A stretch of 64,000 nt of DNA from an uncultured Chitinophagaceae bacterium (GTDB lineage: Bacteria; Bacteroidota; Bacteroidia; NS11-12g; UBA9320): assembly GCA_964647785.1 (NCBI GenBank), contig CAZYJD010000004.1, forward strand, positions 386 through 64,385, in the 5' to 3' direction. Under the pieces are notes generated by a model. The model did no database searches. It was given only the letters and a program-made list of their open reading frames with translations, and was not told the origin of the DNA. Positions 46,984-56,481 of the stretch are shown piece by piece (position 1 is the first letter of the stretch; every line of letters begins with the position of its first letter). Position numbers and translations under genes: made by a program.

Positions 46984-47360
46984 GAGGTCAGAAGTCAGAA
47001 GTCAGAAGCCAGAATCACAATTCTTTGCCACTATTCACTAAAAACAATCAACTATTCACTCTTAAAAAGAAGCGTCAGCTTTTCCCATCTGTGACATCTA
47101 ATAGAGGCAAGAAGCCAGAAGCGCAATTTATAGGGCACTACTCACTAAAAACAATCAACTATTCACTAAAAAGAAGCGTCAGCTTTTTCCTTCTGTGCCT
47201 TCTGTGTCTTCTGTGAGAAACAATAAAGCGTTGGCTTTTTACCTCTGTGCATCTGCGTAATCTGTGAGAAGTCAGAGGTCAGAAACCCAATTTATTTGCC
47301 ACTATTCACTAAAAACTACCAACAATTCACTCTTTAATAATCAACTACCAACTCAAAAAA
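46984..47360. repeat. intergenic array of compound degenerate repeats (three units of roughly 110-160 bp)
   Basis: The core cactattcactaaaaacaatcaactattcact is present three times; aaaaagaagcgtcagctttt is present twice; tandem 7-mers gtcagaa x3 and 9-mers tgycttctg x3 appear in roughly inverted orientation. Confidence 0.55.
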
Positions 47361-49370
47361 CTATCTCGCAATAACCAGCTTGCGGCTTTGTCCCAAATAA
47401 TTCACCAGGTACACGCCTTCTGCCAAATGGCCGATTTGTAAATGGACGAGTGCGTTTTCGGCGGAACCTTTTTCCATCAATAACTTGCCACTCATGTCGT
47501 AAAGTTTCAGCAGCTCACCGCCTTTGGTGGTGAAAATATGCAAGCTTTCCTGTGCAGGATTGGGGTACATATTAAATGCAGGCATGGCAATTTCAGGCGT
47601 GGATACGCTTCCCCCTTCAATGCCATCAATGTAGGCGTGGATGCCCTGACTGAGGTTATAATAGCTGCCACTGGCGCTTTTCTGAAGTCTCACAGCGCGC
47701 ACCATATAATAGCTATTCTCGTCATAGGGCGTTGCATCTACATAACTGGTGTTGATCACCGGTTGATTGATGATGAGGTTGAAGGTGCTATCGGCCTTTT
47801 TGCCGCGGTACACATGGTATCCGATCACTTCCGGATCGGCCGATGCAGTCCATTCCAGCTTCACTTGTTTGCCGTTGTCCATCGGGCTAAGGATAAGGTT
47901 GGAAGGCGGTTCAACCACATGCAAACGGAGGGTAGGATCGCCCATCAAAGCGATATGTACCGTATTTCGGAAGTTCATGCCCAAATAATCTTTGTTTTGA
48001 TCGGTATTGTTTTGGCTGAGCATGCAAACTTCCCCGATATTTCGCCCCAGCGCCATGGGGTGCATTTGCCAGAGGGGGCGACCACTCCAGGCATTGGTTA
48101 GCCCGAGTTTATCGCTGGCCAATGGGGCTCTTAGAAAGCTGTTCTCCACATCCCAATCGCCGAAATAGCTCCCAAACAAGAAATTGAACACTGCTCCGTT
48201 TCCAACCACTAGATCATCGGTGGTGCCAATGCCGTTGCAGGAACGGTAGCTGCCTGCCCCACAGCCATATGCCATGAGGAATGATGAATCTTTTAGGGTT
48301 TGGAGAAAATCGGTGGTGCGAATGTTTTCCGGACCAAACATGGCCGAGAATGAGGTCCATGCCGTGGTGGCAAAACCTTCTGCCATCCCTTTAAAATTAT
48401 CATCGATCAACGATAGCTCATAGGTTGCTGTGAGGCCATGACGGTAATCGTGGCTTTTTTGAATGTATTGTCGCAACAATTCAATTTCCGACTTACTGAA
48501 TTTCGACATATTGGCCAAATCAACGCGTCCTACCTGTATTTCTACTTTGCCGGGAATCTGATTTTGGTCGAACTTGCCATCTGCGGGGCGGTTTTTATTG
48601 GCTTCGCGATTGATGCCTGCTTCATTGGTAATATTGTCGGTCCAATTGCCATTCACCACGCCGTAATACACATCGGCTGCCCATGCACCATTGTGATCGG
48701 GTACGTGTGCATCGGGTGGGTAATAGGTCGAGGCGTTGAAGTTGCCGCTATAGGGCACGGGCAAATGGCCAAAAAGGTAGATGGCTTGCAGGCCGGCACC
48801 CAGACGATTGTGTAATTTCATGAGTTCTGTCTTCAAGGCAATGTGCGATGAATCTCGGTGGAAACGCATGCGGTGCACGGTCCACCCATCCCCTGAAAGA
48901 TCTGATGCCAAAAGGTTGAGCTCATCGGCCAGTGAATCGCTGATACTCGATTCAGTTACCAGTGCAATGTTGCCCCGCCGATGTGGGGTGATGGTTTCAT
49001 TGCCCGCCAGCAAATAGCCTACGGCCGTTACATTGGCTGTGTTGTTGGTGTTCGGATCCAATTTATTGGTGGTGCAAATCAGCCGGTATTCGTACTGCTT
49101 ACCTTTTTCGGTGTTTTCGTCGGTCCAGCTGTTGATGCCTGCATTAAGGTTGGCGAGTGCATTGCCCCAGTCATTACCCGATAAGTAATCCCTGCGTTGA
49201 ACCTGACAACCCGTATGATAGCTCTCATTCACCCAATGGAGGGTGATATGCCCATCTGTTGCATCGCTTTCAGCCCATGCTTCTACTGAACGGTAAAGGG
49301 CCCATTGTGAAAAGGATGGAATGCTTGACAGAATAAAAATTGCTGCGATTAATTTCCTCATGTGGTTCAA
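47361..49370 (-). CDS. T9SS-secreted protein, probably gingipain-like (peptidase C25 family)
   Basis: Signal peptide; weak C25-like blocks (IYLFGHLPV, AYGCGAGSY, MGDPTLRLHVVEPP versus FGDPSLLVRTLVPT in gingipain); the C-terminal 80 aa form a T9SS CTD (MYPNPA...GVYLVN...KLVIAR). Confidence 0.5.
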   Translation of the reverse strand: MNHMRKLIAAIFILSSIPSFSQWALYRSVEAWAESDATDGHITLHWVNESYHTGCQVQRRDYLSGNDWGNALANLNAGINSWTDENTEKGKQYEYRLICTTNKLDPNTNNTANVTAVGYLLAGNETITPHRRGNIALVTESSISDSLADELNLLASDLSGDGWTVHRMRFHRDSSHIALKTELMKLHNRLGAGLQAIYLFGHLPVPYSGNFNASTYYPPDAHVPDHNGAWAADVYYGVVNGNWTDNITNEAGINREANKNRPADGKFDQNQIPGKVEIQVGRVDLANMSKFSKSEIELLRQYIQKSHDYRHGLTATYELSLIDDNFKGMAEGFATTAWTSFSAMFGPENIRTTDFLQTLKDSSFLMAYGCGAGSYRSCNGIGTTDDLVVGNGAVFNFLFGSYFGDWDVENSFLRAPLASDKLGLTNAWSGRPLWQMHPMALGRNIGEVCMLSQNNTDQNKDYLGMNFRNTVHIALMGDPTLRLHVVEPPSNLILSPMDNGKQVKLEWTASADPEVIGYHVYRGKKADSTFNLIINQPVINTSYVDATPYDENSYYMVRAVRLQKSASGSYYNLSQGIHAYIDGIEGGSVSTPEIAMPAFNMYPNPAQESLHIFTTKGGELLKLYDMSGKLLMEKGSAENALVHLQIGHLAEGVYLVNYLGQSRKLVIAR

Positions 49371-49374
49371 AAAT

Positions 49375-50736
49375 CTATTGTATTAAAATGCGTTGAACAA
49401 TGGTTTGATCATTGGTTTGTAAATGGAGTAAATAAATCCCCGACTCCCAGTCTGAACATTGAATCGTGCTTGTGTTGGATGCATTGTCAAGTTGGATCAT
49501 TTTCTGACCTAGGGCATTGGAAATGCTCAGTACATGATTGCCTGTGGGATATTGGATGTGCAGACATTCCGTGGCAGGATTGGGATAAATCACCAATGCA
49601 CCCTTGTCCCTTGGGTCGATAGAAGAAGATTGTTGAACGGTGATCATATTGCTTTTGGTAAGGCTTCCGTTCCCGGCCAAATTCCCTGCGCGCAAACGCA
49701 CATCGTAGGTGCCAGCAGCATTGAATTTTATACTGGGATTCTGACTTCCGGCATTGGTGCCGTTCACAAACTCCCAACCCGTGTTCGGAGAGATGGCCCA
49801 ATCCCAGTTGTTGGGGAATCTGCTACTTTCATCGCTGAAATTCACCACCTCACCGCTGGTTATACTCGTTTTATCTGCAGTGAAATCTACTTCAGGGGTT
49901 AAAAAGTTGCTCAAGTCGCGGTATTTATCGCGGTAGCGAATTTGGGTGGCCGTGAAACGACCATTGACAAGGGTGCCGGTCATCTCAAGGATGGGTATTT
50001 TCTCGCTGGTGCTGATCCATTTGTATTCCACACGTGAATTTGGAAACCCAAAGTTCAAAGCAGGTTGACTGATGGCAATGGAATCGTATTGATCAATGAT
50101 GCTGCGAACCCGCAAACAGGAAATGTTGTCTCCATAAGGGGTGGTGATGGTGCCCCAGCCGTCCACAACGCTTGTGCGCGTGCCACTCTGGTAGTAGTTG
50201 CCAATAGGAAATAGCCCCAGACTGATTGGAACGCCAACCGAGAAGGTGGTGCGATGGCTGTCGTTGTAATTCATCGGAAGCACATAAACTTCATCCGGAT
50301 CGCTGTGCTTACCGCTTTGTGGCAATGGGAAACTGCTGTAGCGAAAACCAATGCCCACATTGTCCCATCCCGAACTGGATTTGCGATAAAAATTATAAAC
50401 ATCGGTAATGGTTAGCTGGCCCTGCCCTAAGGTGTCGGCAATTTTTAAACCAATGGCATTGAACCCGAAGTTCAGAATGTAAGGTGTTTGCAAACTCGCC
50501 TTATATTCATACAAACCTTGTGACGTTGGGCTTAAATTGCTGAAATCCCATTGCTGGTTGGCCCCTCCGTTACCTGGATTGCCGGCGTTCAACAAATTTG
50601 CGTTGCTGTAGCGGATGGTATCGCCCGAAGAGGGCATGTGTTGTTGGGTGATGGTGATCTGCGCATTGCTCACCGGACTATATAAGCCGAATGTGACAAG
50701 CAGAAACATTACCTTTGATTTTATGAATGTGCTCAT
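49375..50736 (-). CDS. T9SS-secreted protein with a PKD domain
   Basis: Signal peptide MSTFIKSKVMFLLVTFGLYSPVSNAQ; a PKD-like segment (WDW..SPN.....NAGTYDVRL); T9SS CTD IYPNPA...GIYLLHL....IVQRILIQ; there is a 4-nt gap to the downstream gene. Confidence 0.55.
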   Translation of the reverse strand: MSTFIKSKVMFLLVTFGLYSPVSNAQITITQQHMPSSGDTIRYSNANLLNAGNPGNGGANQQWDFSNLSPTSQGLYEYKASLQTPYILNFGFNAIGLKIADTLGQGQLTITDVYNFYRKSSSGWDNVGIGFRYSSFPLPQSGKHSDPDEVYVLPMNYNDSHRTTFSVGVPISLGLFPIGNYYQSGTRTSVVDGWGTITTPYGDNISCLRVRSIIDQYDSIAISQPALNFGFPNSRVEYKWISTSEKIPILEMTGTLVNGRFTATQIRYRDKYRDLSNFLTPEVDFTADKTSITSGEVVNFSDESSRFPNNWDWAISPNTGWEFVNGTNAGSQNPSIKFNAAGTYDVRLRAGNLAGNGSLTKSNMITVQQSSSIDPRDKGALVIYPNPATECLHIQYPTGNHVLSISNALGQKMIQLDNASNTSTIQCSDWESGIYLLHLQTNDQTIVQRILIQ

Positions 50737-53161
50737 GGTTCTCACGAATATAAGGCGAATTGTATTGTTGTTCTCCTTCTTCATTTTCTTAACGCTTGGT
50801 TTCGTCAATGAATCATCTGCTCAGGAAGATGCGTGTTCAGCTTTGCTTAGTGAAATGGACGTCACAAATTATCGAATCAAACTAATGATTCAACCCGATT
50901 CTCAAACCATTGCCGGTTTTTGTGAAATACAACTGAATTGCGGCCCCATCGATACCCTGCACTTTGATCTTCTGACCTTGGAGGTGGATAGTGTGTATGC
51001 ATCCTTTAACAATGGATCTTTGGTAAAAACGGCCTTCATTCAAAGGGATGCACAGGTGCTTTTTCCCAACATAACCGGAAAAAGCGCCGCCCGGGTAACC
51101 ACCGTCATTTATTACAAGGGAAAGCCCGTAAAAGATGGCAGCTGGGGCGGGTTTTATTTCAGCGGCGATTATGCCTTTAATCTTGGGGTGGGCTTCGAAG
51201 CAGAGCCGCATAACTACGGACGGGTATGGTTTCCTTGCAAAGACAACTTTTGCGATCGGGCAAGCTATGATTTTGAAATCACCACGCCCGCAGATCTGAA
51301 AGCAGTATGCAACGGAAGCTTTGAGGGGTCAGATACTTCCGGAAATACCATCACTTGGCGATATCACATGAAGAAGGACATTCCTACCTATCTGGCCTCG
51401 GTGGCCGTTGGGCCCTATGTACAGGTACTCCCTCAGGATGATATGGGCTACGAGCTTCGTTTGCATGCACAGCCTTCCGATTCGCTCAACATGCTTCAAT
51501 CTTTCATGCATTTGCCAAACGCTTTGCAAATTTTCGAAGAGCATTACGGGCCGCATCCTTTTGATATCGCCGGATACAGCCTCGTGCCCTTCAATGCCGG
51601 CGCCATGGAACACGCCACCAACATTGCCTATCCGCGCTACGCAGTGGCCGGAGGCGGTTTGGCCTATGAAACCCTCATGGCGCATGAACTGGCGCACCAC
51701 TGGTGGGGCAACCACAAAACCACCGAAAGCGCGCCCCAAATGTGGCTCAATGAAGGTTGGGCTTCCTATTCTGAGTTCTTGTTTTTGGAGAAAATGTATG
51801 GAAGAGATGCATACGATAATGCGGTGGCTGCCAATCATAAGAACATCCTGCATTACGCCCATCTCCGCGATGGAGCGGCTCTGCCGGTAAGCGGGGTGGG
51901 CCACGACAATACCTACGGCATGCATGTGTACAAAAAAGGGGCTGATGTCATCCACGCCTTGCGTCATGTGATGGGAGATTCGGCTTTCTTCACCGCCATT
52001 GATAGCTTGATGCGAACTTCTGCAAGCACCATAAACACGGACGAATTGAAGCAGCATTTGGGTAAATTCCTTCCCGTAAAACCGGGGGTAGACTTGGTTA
52101 GTGATTTTTTCTCTGACCGCATCAATGGCACCGGTTTTGGCCACTTTTCAGTCTTTGAAACAAGTAAAGAGACCGACAGAAGTGGTTGGATCCTGGAAAT
52201 CAAGATCAAACAAAGGGTGAAACTCCGAGATGCACTGTATCGCAATGTGCAGGTTCCTTTGCGGGTGCTGTTTGCAGACGGCAGTTTCAGCGAAAGGGAG
52301 ATCGTACTTGTAAACGGCGACTTAAGTACATTTCGGTTCGTTTTTACCAAAGAACCCTTGCAGGTGTGGATAGACCCCGATCGCGAAATGAGCTTTGCCA
52401 CCAGCGATTACACCTTGCATTTCAAAGACAGCAGCTGGGCCATTGCCAACCCTTCGGAAGACCAACAGTTCTTTGTGATTGAAAACCCTACTTCGGCAAG
52501 GGATGAAGTCCTCATGCGTGTGAATCATCACTGGGTATCACCCGATCATACATTCAACAAGAACAAAGGCATTGTTTTATCCCGTCAGCGATATTTTAGT
52601 CTGGAAGGGAAATGGACTGAAGCGAATAAATATACCTTGCGGTTTACCTACAACGGAACCACGCCTCAAGGCAATTTCGCTGCAGGCTGGTTGGATGACG
52701 ATTTAATCAGGGGCACGGAAGATTCCCTGCTCATCATGTACCGCCCAAAGCAAACCGCAATTTGGCAAATCTGGGAAGATACGGAGTGGATCAGGGGAAG
52801 TTTATTCGATAAAAGAGGCATTGTTAGAATCAAAAACCTTGTTCCCGGAGAATACTGCCTCGCCATTCGTAAGCACGATTTTTTTGCATCACTCGCCGAA
52901 ACTGTTTCGGGAGTGCCCGCTCTAAAGGCGTATCCAAATCCCGCTGATAAACAGTTGTACCTGCAATTTGAAAGCGCTGATGCCACGCGCATGCTGGAAA
53001 TTACCGATGAGCTGGGGAGACTGTTTCAAAAACGACAGATTGATAAAAACACCTCGGTGCTCCAGCTCAATACATCCGATTGGGCCGCCGGGAAATACTA
53101 CATTGGCCTCCAAAAGGGAACCGAGCTCTACGAACCCCGTCTGGTGATTATACGACATTGA
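50723..53161 (+). CDS. M1-family aminopeptidase (aminopeptidase-N-like) with a T9SS C-terminal sorting domain
   Basis: Signal peptide; GAMEH, HELAHHWWGN and WLNEGWASY (GAMEN plus HExxH-x18-E); T9SS CTD YPNPADKQLYL...GKYYIGL. Confidence 0.7.
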   Translation: MNVLMVLTNIRRIVLLFSFFIFLTLGFVNESSAQEDACSALLSEMDVTNYRIKLMIQPDSQTIAGFCEIQLNCGPIDTLHFDLLTLEVDSVYASFNNGSLVKTAFIQRDAQVLFPNITGKSAARVTTVIYYKGKPVKDGSWGGFYFSGDYAFNLGVGFEAEPHNYGRVWFPCKDNFCDRASYDFEITTPADLKAVCNGSFEGSDTSGNTITWRYHMKKDIPTYLASVAVGPYVQVLPQDDMGYELRLHAQPSDSLNMLQSFMHLPNALQIFEEHYGPHPFDIAGYSLVPFNAGAMEHATNIAYPRYAVAGGGLAYETLMAHELAHHWWGNHKTTESAPQMWLNEGWASYSEFLFLEKMYGRDAYDNAVAANHKNILHYAHLRDGAALPVSGVGHDNTYGMHVYKKGADVIHALRHVMGDSAFFTAIDSLMRTSASTINTDELKQHLGKFLPVKPGVDLVSDFFSDRINGTGFGHFSVFETSKETDRSGWILEIKIKQRVKLRDALYRNVQVPLRVLFADGSFSEREIVLVNGDLSTFRFVFTKEPLQVWIDPDREMSFATSDYTLHFKDSSWAIANPSEDQQFFVIENPTSARDEVLMRVNHHWVSPDHTFNKNKGIVLSRQRYFSLEGKWTEANKYTLRFTYNGTTPQGNFAAGWLDDDLIRGTEDSLLIMYRPKQTAIWQIWEDTEWIRGSLFDKRGIVRIKNLVPGEYCLAIRKHDFFASLAETVSGVPALKAYPNPADKQLYLQFESADATRMLEITDELGRLFQKRQIDKNTSVLQLNTSDWAAGKYYIGLQKGTELYEPRLVIIRH

Positions 53162-53313
53162 TTAGCCCCAAACGGGTCATGTCGATTCAAGGCTTGAATG
53201 CCTAAAAAAATCTTCTTCCTCAATGTTACCTGAGTTTGAAGCTTTAAGATGAGTTTTCAACAAAAGGCGCATTACTTTTCATTGTTCTTTCTAATCCCTT
53301 TCCATAAGCTTGA

Positions 53314-54669
53314 ATGATAAACCACCTGCCTATGCCACGTAAGAAAAAAGAGAGAAAAATTTATGTGTTAGACACCTCTGTTATTCTTTACGATCATCAC
53401 TCCTTTCGTTCATTCGAAGACAATGATATCGGCATACCCATCACCGTATTGGAGGAGCTGGACAATTTCAAAAAGGGCAACGACACCAAAAATTATGAAG
53501 CACGCGAATTCATTAGGCTGGTAGATAAAATGGCTGAAAATTTCACCCTCAACGACTGGATTCCCATTGAGGGTTCGAAAGGAGGGAAGCTGAAGTTTCT
53601 CATGCACAGAGGTGGAAATGTACAAACCGATGCCACAGAAGTGTTTGGCGATCAAAAGAACGACCACCGCATCCTCAATTCTGTTCTTCGCCTGGCAGAA
53701 GAAGAAAAAGGGGCCAAGGTTATTCTGGTTACCAAAGACATCAACCTTCGCCTGAAAGCCAAGGCATTAAATATTCCTGCAGAGGATTTTAAAACGGGTA
53801 AGATTCAGGATGTAAAAGAACTTTACACCGGCATTAAGCATCTGGAAGAAGTTGATGGAGAGGTAATCAAGAATTTTTACAAAGACGGCCATGTGGGGAA
53901 AATTGATTCCATTGAAAAACCCAAAGGCAATCACTTTTACATTTTCAAGAATGGTCGCACCAGTTCGCTTGCCTATTACAACCCTGTGGATGAGCGTTTC
54001 GAACGGGTTGAAAAAGAGTATGTATACGGCATTAAGCCGCGCAACGCAGAACAGGCCTTTGCCATTTCAGCCCTGATGAATGAAGAGATTAAACTGGTAA
54101 CCCTGCAAGGGGTGGCCGGTACGGGTAAAACATTGCTTTCGCTGGCGGCCGCATTGGAACAAAAGAATAAATACAACCAGATCATTTTGGCCCGGCCCAT
54201 TGTGCCCCTGAGCAATCGCGATATCGGTTATCTTCCGGGCGATGCCGGCGATAAAATTGGGCCCTACATGGAGCCGCTCTGGGATAACCTTTCGTACATC
54301 AAAAATCAATACGGGGAGAATGAGAAAAAGCGTAAGGAGATTGATAAAATGCTCGACGAAAAGCGCATCATCATCACCCCTCTTGCATTCATTCGCGGGA
54401 GAAGCTTCAGCAACATCATGTTCATCATCGATGAAGCGCAGAACCTCACGCCCCATGAGGTGAAAACCATCATTACCCGTGCGGGCGAAAACACCAAAAT
54501 CATCTTCACCGGCGATATTTATCAAATTGACACCCCTTATCTCGATGAGCAAAGCAATGGATTGAGCTATATCATCGATCGACTCAAAGGGCATCCATTG
54601 TTTGCCCATGTAACCTTGCAAAAAGGCGAGCGCAGCGAACTGGCCAACTTGGCCAATGAAATGTTGTAA
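53314..54669 (+). CDS. PhoH-like ATPase with an N-terminal PIN domain (YlaK type)
   Basis: PIN-like YVLDTSVIL...D and the PhoH P-loop GVAGTGKT, with family-typical C-terminal conservation. Confidence 0.8.
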   Translation: MINHLPMPRKKKERKIYVLDTSVILYDHHSFRSFEDNDIGIPITVLEELDNFKKGNDTKNYEAREFIRLVDKMAENFTLNDWIPIEGSKGGKLKFLMHRGGNVQTDATEVFGDQKNDHRILNSVLRLAEEEKGAKVILVTKDINLRLKAKALNIPAEDFKTGKIQDVKELYTGIKHLEEVDGEVIKNFYKDGHVGKIDSIEKPKGNHFYIFKNGRTSSLAYYNPVDERFERVEKEYVYGIKPRNAEQAFAISALMNEEIKLVTLQGVAGTGKTLLSLAAALEQKNKYNQIILARPIVPLSNRDIGYLPGDAGDKIGPYMEPLWDNLSYIKNQYGENEKKRKEIDKMLDEKRIIITPLAFIRGRSFSNIMFIIDEAQNLTPHEVKTIITRAGENTKIIFTGDIYQIDTPYLDEQSNGLSYIIDRLKGHPLFAHVTLQKGERSELANLANEML

Positions 54670-54690
54670 GAAGCCATGATTGATTAGGGC

Positions 54691-56043
54691 ATGGGGCTGA
54701 AAGCATCAAAAGAATACGCCATTGTAGACCTCGAGACCACCGGTGGGGCAGGGGGCGGTCGGGTTACTGAAATTGCTGTTTTTGTGACCGATGGTACAAC
54801 CTGTATTGAGCATTGGACCACATTGGTAAATCCGGGCATCCCGGTTCCTGCAAACATCACCTACCTAACTGGCATTACCGACGAAATGCTGGAAGATGCC
54901 CCTGCATTTGAAGAGGTGGCGCATCACCTTCGCGACCTGTTAAACCATCGTGTGTTTGTGGCACATAGCGTGGCCTTTGATTACGGGGTGCTTAAGTCAG
55001 AATATGCGCGTTTGGATATCCCTTTTAACCTGGCTCGTTTATGCACCGTTCGCCTGAGCCGTAAAATAATTCCCGGCATGCAGTCATATAGCCTCGGTAA
55101 GCTATCATCTGCTCTGGGCATTCAACTCACCGACCGCCACAGGGCCTATGGAGATGCCGAGGCCACCATGAAACTCTTTCATCTATTGCTGGCAAATGGG
55201 CCCCAGGTCATTGAAGATCAACTAAAAAGAAACCGTCGGGAATACACCCTCCCGCCTGATTTGCAGCGGGAGCTGATGATGGAACTGCCCGAGAAACCTG
55301 GCGTTTATTTTTTTCGCGATACAGTAGGCAAGGTCATTTACGTAGGAAAGGCAAAGAATTTATCCCAACGGGTTTGGAGCCATTTCAGGGAGTACAGCCC
55401 CGGAAAGCACCGAATGAAAGATCGCATTGCCGATGTCGATTTTCAGCTCAGTGGTTCTGAACTGCTCGCCGAACTGATGGAGTCGGTTGCCATCAGAAAG
55501 TATTTCCCCGAGTTCAATAAAGCACAGAAATACGATGGCAATCCCTATGGTTGGTGTCATTACCACGATCAAAAAGGGCGTTTAAGGATTGAAGTGGCGC
55601 GAAGAAAGAAGTACCTCGAATTAATAGGGGTGTTCCCCAACCGACTTTCAGCCATACAGGAACTGGAGTCTTTGGCACAACACCATGCTCTTTGTCGCCA
55701 TCTGTTGGGTTTATCGAAACAGATGCCCTGCAGGCCCAATGCCTGCCCCTGGTGCGCAGATGAAGCCACCGCCCAACAACACAACGCCCTATTGAATCAG
55801 GCCTTGGCGCAGAGACAGTCTTCTTTCTATTCCGGCATCCACCCTTTGCCCGGAAGGCATGAAGATGAAAGGGCCTTTTTACTGATTCAATCCGGGGTGT
55901 ATCGGGGGTACGGTTTTGTGCCCAATGACAAGTCCATTCAAAACGAACAGGAATTATGGCCTTTTTTACAGGAAGAAACACACAATGTAGAAACATGGCG
56001 CATTTTGAAAAAAGCTGGACTGCAAACAGCCATGCCCACTTGA
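54691..56043 (+). CDS. DnaQ-like (DEDDh) 3'-5' exonuclease domain fused to a GIY-YIG nuclease domain (Cho/UvrC-homolog-like)
   Basis: Exo motifs I (IVDLETTG), II (HSVAFDY) and III (HRAYGDAEA), followed by the GIY-YIG block GVYFFRD...IYVGKAKNL..R; the Cys-rich C-terminal ~170 aa are of unknown function. Confidence 0.7.
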   Translation: MGLKASKEYAIVDLETTGGAGGGRVTEIAVFVTDGTTCIEHWTTLVNPGIPVPANITYLTGITDEMLEDAPAFEEVAHHLRDLLNHRVFVAHSVAFDYGVLKSEYARLDIPFNLARLCTVRLSRKIIPGMQSYSLGKLSSALGIQLTDRHRAYGDAEATMKLFHLLLANGPQVIEDQLKRNRREYTLPPDLQRELMMELPEKPGVYFFRDTVGKVIYVGKAKNLSQRVWSHFREYSPGKHRMKDRIADVDFQLSGSELLAELMESVAIRKYFPEFNKAQKYDGNPYGWCHYHDQKGRLRIEVARRKKYLELIGVFPNRLSAIQELESLAQHHALCRHLLGLSKQMPCRPNACPWCADEATAQQHNALLNQALAQRQSSFYSGIHPLPGRHEDERAFLLIQSGVYRGYGFVPNDKSIQNEQELWPFLQEETHNVETWRILKKAGLQTAMPT

Positions 56044-56481
56044 GGGAAACCACCCATCCACATTCATTTACGTATGGTGAAAATGAGAAACTCACGATTT
56101 AGATACACCAGGGCCTTGAAAATCGGGGATACTGACTTTTCTTTTTGAGAGAAATACTTCAACAAATAGTTGTATTGACTCAAAGAAGTGAAAGTTCCTT
56201 TTAACTCAATGTAGTGCCAATACCATGAGAATGAAGATTTATAAATCTGATAAAAAGTATGTTAGAAGGGGCGGGTGGGAAGTCCGCCGTGGCGGATGCG
56301 ACAAGCTCTTTTTGGAAACTTTTTGGAGCGGCAAAAAGTTTTGTGAAAAATGATTCTAAAAATAGACGTGCTCAAATTGACCACATTGCTCTTTTTAGGA
56401 AATTCCTCCTGAAAATTGATTTGGCGGAAGCCTAGGCATCCACATTCCTGAATTACAAACGCAAATCCTACTTTTGCGCCT

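Noticed and set aside
46984-47360. Possible CRISPR array.
   Set aside because: Repeat units are long (>100 bp), compound and irregularly spaced; direct repeats are imperfect; there are no cas genes within 15 kb. This fits MITE/REP-like or sRNA repeats, not CRISPR.
53170-53215. Hairpin attcaa-ggc-ttgaat after the M1 aminopeptidase gene as a possible terminator.
   Set aside because: It is followed by an A-run rather than a T-run on the + strand and has only a 6-bp A/T-rich stem; insufficient for a confident intrinsic terminator call.
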